DNA from: an uncultured bacterium
Lineage (GTDB): Bacteria; Fidelibacterota; Marinisomatia; SCGC-AAA003-L08; JACNLC01
Reading direction: 5' to 3'
DNA: 64,000 nt
Assembly: GCA_964409335.1 (NCBI GenBank)
Contig: CAYPCW010000004.1
Coordinates: forward strand, 12,745-76,744
Made by a program: the position numbers and the translations under genes. Shown here piece after piece: positions 21,245 to 32,013 of the stretch. The notes below the pieces were generated by a model. The model searched no databases. It was not told the origin of the DNA and worked only from the letters and a program-made list of their open reading frames with translations. Each line of letters starts with the position of its first letter. Position 1 is the stretch's first letter.

Positions 21245-22561
21245 TTAATTAAAACCAATGGGATTATACCCCTTATTCATTCTTTTCATTTTCTGGATCA
21301 TTTTTTTCATTTGGGAAAACTGCTTTAACAACTGATTAACCTCAAAGACGGATCTCCCGGCACCCATTGCGATTCTTTTGCGCCGGGAACCATTAATTAT
21401 TTCAGGCATCGTTCTTTCATTTTGAGTCATCGAATTTATGATTGCTTCTACCCAGTTCAATTGTTTATCATCAATGGATAAGCCTTTTAATTTTGCTGCA
21501 CCCGGAATCATATTCAACATTTGCGAGATGGGACCCATTTTCTTTATTTGTTTTAATTGACTCCGGAAATCATCCAGGGTAAACGTGTTTTGAATCAGTT
21601 TATTTTGAAGCCTTTGAGCTTCTTTTTCATCACCCATTAATTGGGCTTTTTCAACCAGAGAAACGACGTCGCCCATACCCAGAATTCGCTGTGCCAGGCG
21701 GTCAGGATGGAAAACTTCCAGTCCTTCAATACCTTCGCTGGTTCCCATAAACTTCACCGGTTTCCCCGTGGTTTTTCGAATAGATAATGCCGCTCCGCCT
21801 CTTGCATCCCCGTCCATTTTGGTTAATATAATACCGGTGAGTTCAACTACATTTGAAAAAGCGGTTGAAGAATTCACAGCGTCCTGCCCCGTCATGCTGT
21901 CTGCAACGAATAAGATTTCATCCGGAGACGATACCCGGATAATGGATTTCAGTTCGTCCATTAAAAGCTCATCTACGTGCAGTCTTCCGGCAGTATCAAC
22001 AATCACTACATTTGCACGGGCTGCCCGACTTGCTTTTAGACCATTCTTCACCACGGCAACGGGATCCTTGCTTTGCTCGGTGTAGACAGGAATACTGATA
22101 CTTTTTCCTAAAATCCGTAGTTGATCAATGGCTGCGGGTCGTTGGAGATCCGCTGCAATAAGGAACGGATTTTTAGAATGCCTGATTTTCAAAAAACGCG
22201 CCAGCTTTGCACAGGTTGTAGTTTTACCGGACCCCTGCAAACCAGCCATCACGATCACGGTCTGACCTGATGCATTAAATTGGATGTTTTCACTTTCTCC
22301 CCCAAGGAAGGCCGTCAGTTCATCCCGGATGATCTTCACAAACTGCTGTCCCGGATTCACCGATGTCAGGACCGCCCCGCCTTTTGCTTTTTCTTTGACC
22401 TCTTCTACAAAATCACGGGCGACCTTATAATTTACATCCGCTTCCAGAAGAGCCCGGCGTACATCACGCATCGCATCCTGAATGTTGCTATCGGTGATCT
22501 TACCTTGTCCTTTAATATTCTTTATAACTCGGTTCAGTCTATCTTGAAGTTGTTCTAGCAT
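21245..22561 (-). CDS. ffh: Signal recognition particle protein Ffh
   Basis: GLQGSGKTT, DTAGR, TKMDGDARGG, Met-rich M domain with SRRKRIAMGAG. Confidence 0.99.
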   Translation of the reverse strand: MLEQLQDRLNRVIKNIKGQGKITDSNIQDAMRDVRRALLEADVNYKVARDFVEEVKEKAKGGAVLTSVNPGQQFVKIIRDELTAFLGGESENIQFNASGQTVIVMAGLQGSGKTTTCAKLARFLKIRHSKNPFLIAADLQRPAAIDQLRILGKSISIPVYTEQSKDPVAVVKNGLKASRAARANVVIVDTAGRLHVDELLMDELKSIIRVSSPDEILFVADSMTGQDAVNSSTAFSNVVELTGIILTKMDGDARGGAALSIRKTTGKPVKFMGTSEGIEGLEVFHPDRLAQRILGMGDVVSLVEKAQLMGDEKEAQRLQNKLIQNTFTLDDFRSQLKQIKKMGPISQMLNMIPGAAKLKGLSIDDKQLNWVEAIINSMTQNERTMPEIINGSRRKRIAMGAGRSVFEVNQLLKQFSQMKKMIQKMKRMNKGYNPIGFN

Positions 22562-22601
22562 ATCTAATCTTCAAAAAACAGGTTAATAAACAGCCTGAAA
22601 A

Positions 22602-22629
22602 GTTATATTGAATGAGATTTCGTCTGCAA
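22602..22629 (-). promoter_or_regulatory. Possible ffh operon promoter
   Basis: Minus strand TTGCAG-16 nt-TATAAC upstream of ffh. Confidence 0.35.
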
Positions 22630-22698
22630 GTTAATTGAGTGTAATAATTCAAAGACCAATCACTCCAAATTATTCATGAGACAACCTTGAATTGCAAA

Positions 22699-23415
22699 TT
22701 AAAAGTCACCCTGAACTCGTCTGATTACGATTTCTTCTGTCACGGCGTTGCCTGGTAGTGTGATGGCGTAAACGACCATTTTTGCAACATCATCATCCTG
22801 CATCATTTCGTCCCGTGGGAAGTCTGTGCTGGTATTCTCCCAGAATGATGAATCCACTGCGCCGGGATGAACCGATATTACCTTGATATGATTCTGCCTG
22901 AGTTCACGCCTAAGGCTGTCAGCCAGACCACGTAACCCATATTTCGACGCCACTTAACCGGCGGAGTAGGGATATCCCCACTTCCCCGCTACTGAATTCA
23001 TAAAAACGATAGACCCCTGATTACGGTTTTGCATCGCAGGGATGAACCCCCGGGAAACCAAAAACGCTCCGCGAAGGTTCACATTGATCATTTGATCCCA
23101 GTCTTCAGTTGTGTGGGTTGCAATTTTTGAAAATAATCCCAGACCGGAATTATTGATGACCGTGCCTACAAATCCCAGTTTCTCACTTTCTGAAACCAGG
23201 TTTTGTACCGATGATTCAGAGCAAACATCGGTGGGAATAACCGTGCAAGTTCCTGAACTTTCCTCAATTTCGCTTCTGACCCTATTCAGTTTTTGTTCAT
23301 TCCGCGAGGCTAGAATGACATGGTAATTTTGTCCCGCTAACCGCATTGCAATGACTTTCCCTATTCCGGATGAAGCGCCGGTTACGAGGGCGATCGATTG
23401 AGTATACTCTGACAT
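22699..23415 (-). pseudogene. Classical short-chain dehydrogenase/reductase interrupted by an in-frame TAA
   Basis: TGASSGIG, NNSG, NSVAG, then YSAG-[TAA at 22954-22956]-VASKYGLRG; both track ORFs lie in one frame and together give one SDR of about 238 aa. Confidence 0.8.
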
Positions 23416-25670
23416 TACCCGGCTGCAATCAGGTTGAGAGCGCTCCCCGCCTTAAACCACCCAATTTGCTTTTCACTGAAAGTATGCAGAACGGTAATCG
23501 ATTCTGTTGCGCCATCAGAATGATGTAAAAAGACCTTTAAACATTTTTCCGGGATAAAATGATTCAACCCGATGATGTCGAACTTGTCGTCCTCCCTGAT
23601 TTTATCGTAATCGGATTTATTTTCGAAGGTAAGCGCCAGAATCCCTTGCTTTTTAAGATTGGTTTCGTGGATCCGGGCAAAGGACTTCACAAGTACTGCC
23701 CGAACACCCAAATGGCGGGGTTCCATCGCCGCATGTTCCCGGGAAGATCCTTCTCCGTAGTTTTCATCACCAACGATGATTGTACCAATTCCCGCTTTTT
23801 TATATGCACGGGCAATGGAGGGTATTTCTCCGGTTTGCCCCGACAGCAGGTTTTCCACCTGGTTTACCCGGTTATTAAATGAATTAGTAGCGCCAATGAG
23901 CATGTTATTGGAAATATTGTCCAGATGTCCCCGGTATTTTAACCACGGCCCCGCCATCGAGATATGATCTGTTGTACACTTTCCTTTTGCTTTGATCAAC
24001 AAATAAAGACTCGTCATATCTTCACCATCCCATTTAGGGAAGGGTGTTAATAACTGCAGCCGTTTAGAATCCGGGCTGACATGGATCGTGATCCGTTTCC
24101 CATCTGACGATGGCTCCACATAGCCCGGATCTCTGACATCAAACCCATTTGCCGGCAGTTCTTCACCTTCAGGGGGATCAAGACGGACCAAGTCGCCGTA
24201 CTCATTGATCAGTGAATCCGTCACGGGATTAAAGGTCAGCCTCCCGGCAATTGCAAACGCTGTGACGATTTCAGGAGATGCAACGAATGCATGGGTGTTT
24301 GGATTGCCATCATTCCGTTTGGCAAAGTTTCTGTTAAAAGACGTAATGATAGAATTTTTTCCCTGGTTTTCAGCACCATGCCTTGCCCATTGACCGATGC
24401 AGGGTCCACATGCATTTGCAAGCACAACTCCCCCCATATCACGGAATGCGGATAATTGTCCATCCCGCTCAACGGTGTATCTTACCTGCTCAGACCCCGG
24501 TGTGACTATAAAATCGGACTTCACTTTTAAATGTTTGGCAACCGCCTGATTCGCCAAAGAAGCAGCCCGGTCGAGATCCTCGTAAGAAGAATTCGTACAC
24601 GAGCCGATGAGTCCCACATCTAATTTTTCCGGGAAATCATTTTCTTTTATGGCAGCAGCAAATTGAGAAATGGGAAACGCCCGATCGGGGGTAAAGGGAC
24701 CATTGACGTAAGGCTCCAACGCTGACAGATCAATTTCAATCACCTGATCATAATAGTGGGAAGGATCCACATACACCTCGGGGTCAGCCTGTAGATGAGC
24801 CGCAACGCTTTCAGCAGCGACTGCGACTTCAGTTCTTCCTGTTGCAGATAAATATCTTGCCATAGATTCATCAAATGGGAACAGGGATGTGGTTGCGCCG
24901 ATTTCCGCACCCATATTGCAAATGGTGCCTTTACCGGTACAAGACAGACTTTCGGTCCCGTCACCAAAGTATTCGACGATGAAACCGGTACCTCCTTTTA
25001 CGGTGAGAATTCCTGCGAGTTTTAAGATAACATCTTTCGGGGATGTCCATCCCTGTAATTTTCCGGTGAGTCTGACGCCCATCACTTTGGGGAATTTCAA
25101 TTCCCAGGGCATCCGGGTCATAACGTCAACGGCATCTGCACCGCCGACGCCAATGGCAATCATCCCGAGACCGCCTGCATTGACGGTGTGGGAATCGGTC
25201 CCCACCATCATACCACCGGGAAAGGCATAATTTTCCAGAATCACCTGATGGATAATCCCTGCGCCGGGTTTCCAGAACCCGATCCCGTATTTATTGCTAA
25301 CAGAAGACAGAAAATCATACACTTCGGAATTAATATCCAGTGCGGACTTCAGATCTTCTACGGCACCCGTTCGCGCCTGGATCAGGTGATCACAGTGGAC
25401 AGTAGTGGGAACCGCCACGCGATCTCTGCCGGTAACCATAAATTGAAGCAATGCCATCTGAGCAGTTGCATCCTGCATCGCCACGCGGTCCGGCTTAAAA
25501 TCCGCATAATCCGATCCCCGTTCAAAGGTCCGAATTTGTGTTTCGTATAAGTGAGCATATAAAATCTTTTCTGTAAGTGTGAGTGGTTTGCCGAGAAATT
25601 GTCTGATGGTTTTAATCTTTGCCGGAAGACCTGCGTATGTGTGCCGGATCATGTCAATGTCGAATACCAT
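23415..25670 (-). CDS. acnA: Aconitate hydratase (mitochondrial-like type)
   Basis: [51 protein letters not shown]. Confidence 0.97.
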   Translation of the reverse strand: MVFDIDMIRHTYAGLPAKIKTIRQFLGKPLTLTEKILYAHLYETQIRTFERGSDYADFKPDRVAMQDATAQMALLQFMVTGRDRVAVPTTVHCDHLIQARTGAVEDLKSALDINSEVYDFLSSVSNKYGIGFWKPGAGIIHQVILENYAFPGGMMVGTDSHTVNAGGLGMIAIGVGGADAVDVMTRMPWELKFPKVMGVRLTGKLQGWTSPKDVILKLAGILTVKGGTGFIVEYFGDGTESLSCTGKGTICNMGAEIGATTSLFPFDESMARYLSATGRTEVAVAAESVAAHLQADPEVYVDPSHYYDQVIEIDLSALEPYVNGPFTPDRAFPISQFAAAIKENDFPEKLDVGLIGSCTNSSYEDLDRAASLANQAVAKHLKVKSDFIVTPGSEQVRYTVERDGQLSAFRDMGGVVLANACGPCIGQWARHGAENQGKNSIITSFNRNFAKRNDGNPNTHAFVASPEIVTAFAIAGRLTFNPVTDSLINEYGDLVRLDPPEGEELPANGFDVRDPGYVEPSSDGKRITIHVSPDSKRLQLLTPFPKWDGEDMTSLYLLIKAKGKCTTDHISMAGPWLKYRGHLDNISNNMLIGATNSFNNRVNQVENLLSGQTGEIPSIARAYKKAGIGTIIVGDENYGEGSSREHAAMEPRHLGVRAVLVKSFARIHETNLKKQGILALTFENKSDYDKIREDDKFDIIGLNHFIPEKCLKVFLHHSDGATESITVLHTFSEKQIGWFKAGSALNLIAAG

Positions 25671-25882
25671 GGAATCTCCTGATAATGATAGGTGGATAAA
25701 TAGCAGTTGAACCTGTAAAACAGGAATATTTGCTTGTCAATCAGCAATGAAATTTACACGGACTGCCAGTGTGCGACCAAGGATCACGAAGGTAATTTAT
25801 AGCGCATTTCCGATGAATTTCAAAATGATACTATTGAGTATAAACCGTTTTTCAGCGCAGAATATCTTCCTTAATTTTTGTC

Positions 25883-28405
25883 ATGAAACTATTTCGATAT
25901 TGGGTAATCACCGGACTTTTCCTTTTTTCACACATTGCGGCTGAATTTCATACAGAATTCAATATAGATCTTGTAAAAACTCCAACGGTAAAATCGACCT
26001 ATTTCTCCTTTCCCGGAGCCAATTCACAACATGTTTACGATGGCATTATTTTGGACATGTTTAGATGGCAAATTCGTACAGATGACCCTTCCCGGGTTCA
26101 TTGGTCACTTAGGGATACGGTATGGACGCAGGTTGAAGGAACATCCACTGTGAGCCCTATCAGTCAGTTTTATGAATTTTCATTACACGCCATGAAGGAT
26201 GATCGTTACTTTCTTGATTTTATCCCCTGGAAAAGTATGCCGGATGGCGGAATTGCCTACCTCTCCAAAGGCAGGATCGAACTATCAATCAAACCTGAAG
26301 ATGGAGATATTATGAGCGGTCCCGGGATTAAACCGACGATCCTGCCGCCGGCTCTGAACCGGTCTGCGACGGATTCCCTTCAGTATCTTATCCTCACCAA
26401 TCAGACGCTTTTGCCAGCAGCAGAAGCCATTGTCACCCTGTACAGTGAAGAGATTGCCCCGGAATACCGGCTGAACGCCGGTATTGCATTGATGGATACC
26501 CTCACACAAACAGTACGCGAATTTTTACTGCAATCCATCATCAATGCCCCTCAATTACAGTATGTTCTGTTTTTGGGGGACGAAACTGTCATTCAGCCGA
26601 TGTATATATTTACTTATGATCCAACCATACCGGGACTGATACAAAGACCATCGGATGATTTTTTCACATCCTTACCAGAATACTCTTCTTATCCCCAGGT
26701 AACGACGGGGCGGGTACCGGTACATCAACTTCCACAGGCGGTGTCATTTGTAGAAAAATTACGGTCCTATTTACTGAGCCCGGTTCAGGGAAACTGGCGC
26801 GAAAAACTGGTGCTGCTGGCAGACGATACCAATAAGATTAATAGTAACATTTCCACTGAAATTTCGCACGTCGAAAATTCGGATGAGATCTATCAGATGC
26901 TGGATCATCTTCTGGAAATCCAACCCATTTACGGGACAGAGTTCCAGGCCATACCCGGCGACGGGTGGTTACTTCAACCTGATATGACAGAAATGGCGCT
27001 CCAAAGCATCAATGACGGTATCGCGATGATCAATTATATCGGACACGGGTCACCCACAACACTGGCTGACGAAAAGATCATTCTCATGAATCGTGACATC
27101 GCTTCTATTCACGATCCAACCGGAGCCATCTGGGTTGTGGGAACGTGTTCCTTCGGATGGTATGATGATGAGGACTGTATGACTGAAGAACTTTTGGCAA
27201 GATCTGATGGCAGCATCGGGGTAATATCTACAACGTATAAAGTAAATGTTTATTCAAATTCAAATTATCTGATGAGACTATTTGATCACGTCCGTGGATT
27301 CATTAACTCCGAGAACTCATTCCGCCTTGGAGATCTGGTACGATACTCCAAGGCAGGGGGTCAGGATTATTGGTTTCATACATTTGGCGATCCGGCGATG
27401 CCCCTCCCATTTCCAAAAAAAGAGAATGTGATTGACACGGTTTACACATCCCCGGCGTTCGGGATTTTACAGCCCTTTATGCTCCAATTAACCTCAGGAT
27501 ATGGATTTTTATATGGATATGCAGACATCAGGGGCGAACCGTCTCATGTTACCCGTCTATACGAATCCGGGACAATTGAATTAACGTATGTACTGCCGGG
27601 TGAAGTCATCTACCAGGGAATCTTCGACTCAGACCTAACTTTCATTGTACCTCTGGATATTACCGCGTGTGATACGTGTACCGGAACCCTGAGAGTGTAT
27701 TCTGAAAATGGAGGAATTCACACGGATTTTCTGGATCATATTCCGATTCTCCCCTTTACCGGCAGCCTGGTTGATACCGTTGGTCCGCAAATCATGATCT
27801 ACCAGAATGATCATTTCATCACGGATCAAGGTGCGATCTTCCCGCCCTATCATCTTCAGCTACGATTCACCGATGACTCGGGTATCAATCTCACCGGCAG
27901 CACTGGCCACAGTCTCCTATATCAAATTGATGAAAAATCATTCGTGGAATTCACCCATCATTATACCTCTGTCTCTCCAACTGAAGGATTTTTTAACCTG
28001 GATCTTTCCGATGAACCTATAGGCAGTCATACAATGCGGGTTGAAGTTTGGGATAATGCCAATAATCGATCGGAAAATTTATATACTTTATACTTTTCGG
28101 ATACCGGATCGTTCGGGGTTGAACTGATCTATAACTATCCGAATCCTTTTGCCGAAGATACCTATTTTACGTTCCATCTTTCTCAGCCGGCAGAGGTTTC
28201 AATCCGGATATTTACCTCGGATGGTCAAACTCTCATCACACTTAAAACAAATTCTTTAAGCTCCGGTTACCATTCAGTATATTGGAATGGGAAAGATTCA
28301 CATGGATTATCTCCGGCAAACGGGACTTATTTTTACCAATTGATAGCGAATGCTGACAATGGTAAGAAATTTGAGAGCCTTCATAAAATGACACGGCTGA
28401 AATGA
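25883..28405 (+). CDS. Secreted peptidase C25 (gingipain-family), PorU-like, with C-terminal FlgD-Ig/T9SS-type domain
   Basis: Signal peptide; LFLGD, GRVPV, LADD; catalytic His (YIGHG) and Cys (GTCSFG); FGDPAM; DTVGPQI...DDSGIN...GH as in PorU; YNYPNPF...WNGKD...NGTYFY C-terminal domain. Confidence 0.8.
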   Translation: MKLFRYWVITGLFLFSHIAAEFHTEFNIDLVKTPTVKSTYFSFPGANSQHVYDGIILDMFRWQIRTDDPSRVHWSLRDTVWTQVEGTSTVSPISQFYEFSLHAMKDDRYFLDFIPWKSMPDGGIAYLSKGRIELSIKPEDGDIMSGPGIKPTILPPALNRSATDSLQYLILTNQTLLPAAEAIVTLYSEEIAPEYRLNAGIALMDTLTQTVREFLLQSIINAPQLQYVLFLGDETVIQPMYIFTYDPTIPGLIQRPSDDFFTSLPEYSSYPQVTTGRVPVHQLPQAVSFVEKLRSYLLSPVQGNWREKLVLLADDTNKINSNISTEISHVENSDEIYQMLDHLLEIQPIYGTEFQAIPGDGWLLQPDMTEMALQSINDGIAMINYIGHGSPTTLADEKIILMNRDIASIHDPTGAIWVVGTCSFGWYDDEDCMTEELLARSDGSIGVISTTYKVNVYSNSNYLMRLFDHVRGFINSENSFRLGDLVRYSKAGGQDYWFHTFGDPAMPLPFPKKENVIDTVYTSPAFGILQPFMLQLTSGYGFLYGYADIRGEPSHVTRLYESGTIELTYVLPGEVIYQGIFDSDLTFIVPLDITACDTCTGTLRVYSENGGIHTDFLDHIPILPFTGSLVDTVGPQIMIYQNDHFITDQGAIFPPYHLQLRFTDDSGINLTGSTGHSLLYQIDEKSFVEFTHHYTSVSPTEGFFNLDLSDEPIGSHTMRVEVWDNANNRSENLYTLYFSDTGSFGVELIYNYPNPFAEDTYFTFHLSQPAEVSIRIFTSDGQTLITLKTNSLSSGYHSVYWNGKDSHGLSPANGTYFYQLIANADNGKKFESLHKMTRLK

Positions 28406-28406
28406 C

Positions 28407-28994
28407 ATGCGGTGGATTTTAGCATCCGGAAGTCCCAGAAGAAAACAATTACTGGAATTAATAGATCTCCCGTTTGAAACGGTCCCACCCAATGTCGATG
28501 AGTCCCTAAAATGTTCTGAGTGTACACCTGCAGAGGTTTGCTGCAAGCTCGCAGAACTGAAAGCCTGCGAGATCAGCTCACAATATCCGGGAGCTATCGT
28601 CATTGGAGCGGATACCATTGTTGTCCTTGAAAATGAGATCATCGGAAAACCACAGAACGACAAGGATGCCAAATCGATTCTCCGTCGGCTGTCCGGGCAC
28701 ACACATCAGGTCTTTACGGCGGTGTCAATTCAATGTCTTCACCCTCAAATCCATCACACATTTTTCGAAGCGACAGATGTAACTTTTAAAGCGTTGTCTG
28801 ATACGGAGATTGAGTATTATGTAAATCACTATAATCCCTTTGACAAAGCAGGGGGTTATGGGATTCAGGATTTTAGTGCTGTTTTCGTATCTTCGATCCA
28901 GGGATGCTACCACAATGTTGTGGGTTTTCCGCTATCCAGGTTCACCCGTGAATTGAGGACGCTGAATTTGTCAATTCCCGGGGGTCCGCTTTGA
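28407..28994 (+). CDS. maf: Maf family nucleoside triphosphate pyrophosphatase (YhdE type)
   Basis: ILASGSPRRKQLL, IGADTIV, DKAGGYGIQ, NVVGFP. Confidence 0.97.
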   Translation: MRWILASGSPRRKQLLELIDLPFETVPPNVDESLKCSECTPAEVCCKLAELKACEISSQYPGAIVIGADTIVVLENEIIGKPQNDKDAKSILRRLSGHTHQVFTAVSIQCLHPQIHHTFFEATDVTFKALSDTEIEYYVNHYNPFDKAGGYGIQDFSAVFVSSIQGCYHNVVGFPLSRFTRELRTLNLSIPGGPL

Positions 28995-29151
28995 TCATGA
29001 CGGGATCATCCAATTCTTGAGTCGATTTCAAACTTATATTTATGATAAAATACATAACGATTTTTTTCGGTATTTATTCAGCTTTCCCGATCATTTCGTC
29101 CATGAAAATAATTAATTTGATCCATTTAATTCCAACTTAAGGGCTTCGAAG

Positions 29152-30036
29152 ATGGCAAATGCAGATACATTTTATAAAAATTTAAAGATCCACCGGGAGA
29201 ATCAGGGTATAAGCCTCACAGAAATTTCCGAGCGTACAAAAATAAACGAACGATATTTTGAATCCATTGAAAATGGGCAGTTTACGGTACTCCCGACCGT
29301 GTATATGCGGTTGTTTTTACGATCTTATTGTATAGAGATCGGCGCAGACCCTGATCAGGCGTTGAAGGATTATGAATCATATACGACCGGGAAAGTAACT
29401 CAAAAACCTGAATTGAAATTTAAACCGGTTGAAGAAGATGGGAATACTGGAGATTCAAAGTCAGATACGATCGATTTTGGGAATTCCATCAGCCGGAAAA
29501 ATATCATCTATTTTATCATCGGAATTATCATTATTTTTTCACTGGTCAAATTTGTCAGTTATTTATCCCATGAAGCTGAAGGATCAAATCCGATAACTCT
29601 GAACGAAGCGGATTTAGACACCAATACGGTTACAGAGTCCCGGGCGATACCGGGTGAAGATCAAACTTTTAGCATTTTACCCAAGCCATCGCAGTTGGAA
29701 GAATCTTTCGTCTATAATCCTCGGAAATTGGTGCAGCAGGAACCCTATCAGATGAGCGTTCGACCTCCATTTAAAATGACGATATCCGCCTATGCCCGTA
29801 CAAAAGTGCACATCACATCACAGGGCAATAATTTATTTGATGGTATTTTAAATGTTCATGATACCCGGTCCTTTACCGATCTAAACACGATTAAATTTGA
29901 TTTCTGGAGTGCGCAGCATATCCGCGCAGATATCAATGGCGCTGATCTCACCCCATATTTAACCACCTTGGATAGGGCGATCAGAGGATCGCTGGATTCT
30001 GATGGCTCACTCTCGATACAAATCTTCAGTCACTGA
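29152..30036 (+). CDS. rodZ: RodZ-like cell-shape protein (N-terminal HTH, TM helix, periplasmic domain)
   Basis: LKIHRENQGISLTEISERTKI...IENGQF...YMRLFLRSYC HTH, followed by one TM helix. Confidence 0.75.
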   Translation: MANADTFYKNLKIHRENQGISLTEISERTKINERYFESIENGQFTVLPTVYMRLFLRSYCIEIGADPDQALKDYESYTTGKVTQKPELKFKPVEEDGNTGDSKSDTIDFGNSISRKNIIYFIIGIIIIFSLVKFVSYLSHEAEGSNPITLNEADLDTNTVTESRAIPGEDQTFSILPKPSQLEESFVYNPRKLVQQEPYQMSVRPPFKMTISAYARTKVHITSQGNNLFDGILNVHDTRSFTDLNTIKFDFWSAQHIRADINGADLTPYLTTLDRAIRGSLDSDGSLSIQIFSH

Positions 30037-30196
30037 TCTCGTGATGACCCTTTCAGGATAATTTCCCGCCAATTGCTATCCGATAAAACCCCGAACATCA
30101 GCATAATTCTACAGGCGAATCGCAGTCCCGATTTGACCCTTTTGCAGCTATAATATCTGCTAAAAAATATAAATTTTAAAATTTGTAACAAAATTC

Positions 30197-30254
30197 TTGC
30201 ATTGAAAGTACCAAGTCGGATATTATTTGTGTGGGGAAATGGGATAAAGTGGGC
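30197..30254 (+). promoter_or_regulatory. mraZ/dcw promoter with MraZ-type TGGG direct repeats
   Basis: TTGCAT-18 nt-TATTAT followed by TGGG repeats at 30232, 30240 and 30250. Confidence 0.65.
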
Positions 30255-30286
30255 GAAATTCCCATACCGATACGGATGCGAAATTT

Positions 30287-30754
30287 ATGCAGGACAATTC
30301 TAACATATCATTTAGTGGTGCTTTTTCATATTCATTAGACTCAAAGTGTCGTCTGAGTATTCCGGCAAAATATCGGAAATCTCTCGACCCGGGGAATAAT
30401 GGTATGATGGTTCTGGTCAAAGGTTTTGATGGAGAGCTGATGGTGTATCCATTAAAAAACTGGCTGGTGGTTGAAAATGAATTGAGGAGCCTAAACTCGA
30501 TTAAACGAAGGAACCGGAATTTTGTCCGGACAATATTGAAGACAGCTTCTCATATTCCGATAGATTCACACGGCAGAATCGCGATTCCTGAGACACTTCT
30601 GAACTTTGCGCATATCGAAAAAAATGTGACTATCATTGGGATGATCAATCGTCTTGAACTGTGGAATCCTGAAATTCTCGCACAATATGAGGCTGAACAA
30701 ACCGATAATGACAGCCGGATTTTCGAAGACCTGGCAAACGACATCAGTTTCTAG
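30287..30754 (+). CDS. mraZ: Transcriptional regulator MraZ
   Basis: Two SpoVT/AbrB repeats (LDSKCRLSIP, IDSHGRIAIP) and ELWN. Confidence 0.97.
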   Translation: MQDNSNISFSGAFSYSLDSKCRLSIPAKYRKSLDPGNNGMMVLVKGFDGELMVYPLKNWLVVENELRSLNSIKRRNRNFVRTILKTASHIPIDSHGRIAIPETLLNFAHIEKNVTIIGMINRLELWNPEILAQYEAEQTDNDSRIFEDLANDISF

Positions 30755-30756
30755 CG

Positions 30757-31692
30757 GTGTCCAAGCCACCCCCACACACTCCCATCATGGTCAAAGAAGT
30801 TCTCGAATTTCTGATCACTGACCCCGGAGGCATTTATATTGATGGCACCATAGGCTTTGGCGGTCACGCTTCTGCGATTCTGAATACTCTCAATTCAGCA
30901 GGGCGAATTCTCGGACTGGACAGGGATCCCGATGCGCTCGCTTTTGCAGGAAAACGACTCAGCCTAATTCGAATGGACGGATTTAGACTTTACCATAACA
31001 ATTTCAGAGATTTTCCGGAAATTTTAAAATTGCAGAATATTAATTATATGAATGGAATATTGCTGGACCTGGGTATGTCTTCCTACAATGTGGACACCGC
31101 TTCCCGTGGATTTTCCTTCAGTCTGAATGGACCCCTTGATATGAGATTTGATCCAACATCCGGTTCACCGGCTTCAGATTGCCTTCAGGATATGACCGAA
31201 AAGGAGATCGCAGGGGTTATCCGGAGGTATGGTGAGGAACGGTTTGCCAAAAAAATTGCCACGGCAATTGTAAATAGAATCAATGATGAAGCTATGAATA
31301 CAACCTTCGATCTCAGAGATGCAGTTTTGAGCGTGGTAAAAGGTAAATTCAGAATGAAATCCGTCTCAAGGGTTTTCCAGGCTTTACGCATTTTTCTAAA
31401 CGGCGAACTGGATGCGTTACACGATGTCTTGGAATCCATCGGGAAGCATCTGAAAGTCGGGGGAAGGGCAGTGATCATTACATTCCACTCTGGCGAGGAC
31501 CGGGTCGTGAAACAATTTTTTAAAAATGCAGCGTTAACGTGTACATGTCCGCCGCGAACACCCTTTTGTATCTGTAACACGACGCCCACATTTAAACTAT
31601 TGACCCGAAGGGCAGTATTGCCTTCGGATACCGAAATCCGGTTAAACAGCCGTGCACATAGCGCAAAACTAAGAGCTGCTGAAAGGATTTAA
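30757..31692 (+). CDS. rsmH: 16S rRNA m4C1402 methyltransferase RsmH
   Basis: HTPIM, DGTIGFGGH, DLGMSS, PLDMRFD, FHSGEDRVVK, SAKLRAAER. Confidence 0.98.
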   Translation: MSKPPPHTPIMVKEVLEFLITDPGGIYIDGTIGFGGHASAILNTLNSAGRILGLDRDPDALAFAGKRLSLIRMDGFRLYHNNFRDFPEILKLQNINYMNGILLDLGMSSYNVDTASRGFSFSLNGPLDMRFDPTSGSPASDCLQDMTEKEIAGVIRRYGEERFAKKIATAIVNRINDEAMNTTFDLRDAVLSVVKGKFRMKSVSRVFQALRIFLNGELDALHDVLESIGKHLKVGGRAVIITFHSGEDRVVKQFFKNAALTCTCPPRTPFCICNTTPTFKLLTRRAVLPSDTEIRLNSRAHSAKLRAAERI

Positions 31693-31698
31693 TCTGTC

Positions 31699-32013
31699 AT
31701 GAAAAAAAACCAGACCCGTCATACCTTATCTGAAGACAGCACGAAAGTAATTCACTTTATTATGTATGTCCTATTAGTCACATTTTTTTTGGTTCTGCTG
31801 TTGGTTGTTAAGGATCATTGCCGGAGTCTGGGTAAAGACATTGACTCATCGCGGAAAGAATTGACAATGTTGACGGATGAGATCGGATTTCTGGAAAGCA
31901 GCGTTAATCATCTGTCCCGTCCGGATCGAATCCGCAAAATGGTCAGCGAAAATTTGAAAATGGTTTCTGCAACTCCGGAATCTCTGATCGTATATCTGGG
32001 AAACGTTGAGTGA
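31699..32013 (+). CDS. ftsL: Cell division protein FtsL
   Basis: Single TM helix, leucine zipper and LSRPDRIRK; lies between rsmH and ftsI. Confidence 0.75.
   Translation: MKKNQTRHTLSEDSTKVIHFIMYVLLVTFFLVLLLVVKDHCRSLGKDIDSSRKELTMLTDEIGFLESSVNHLSRPDRIRKMVSENLKMVSATPESLIVYLGNVE

Noticed and set aside
22954-22956. Selenocysteine or pyrrolysine recoding, or an alternative genetic code, at the SDR stop
   Set aside because: The codon is TAA, the expected residue is Tyr, and TAA, TAG and TGA all end full-length conserved genes in this window.
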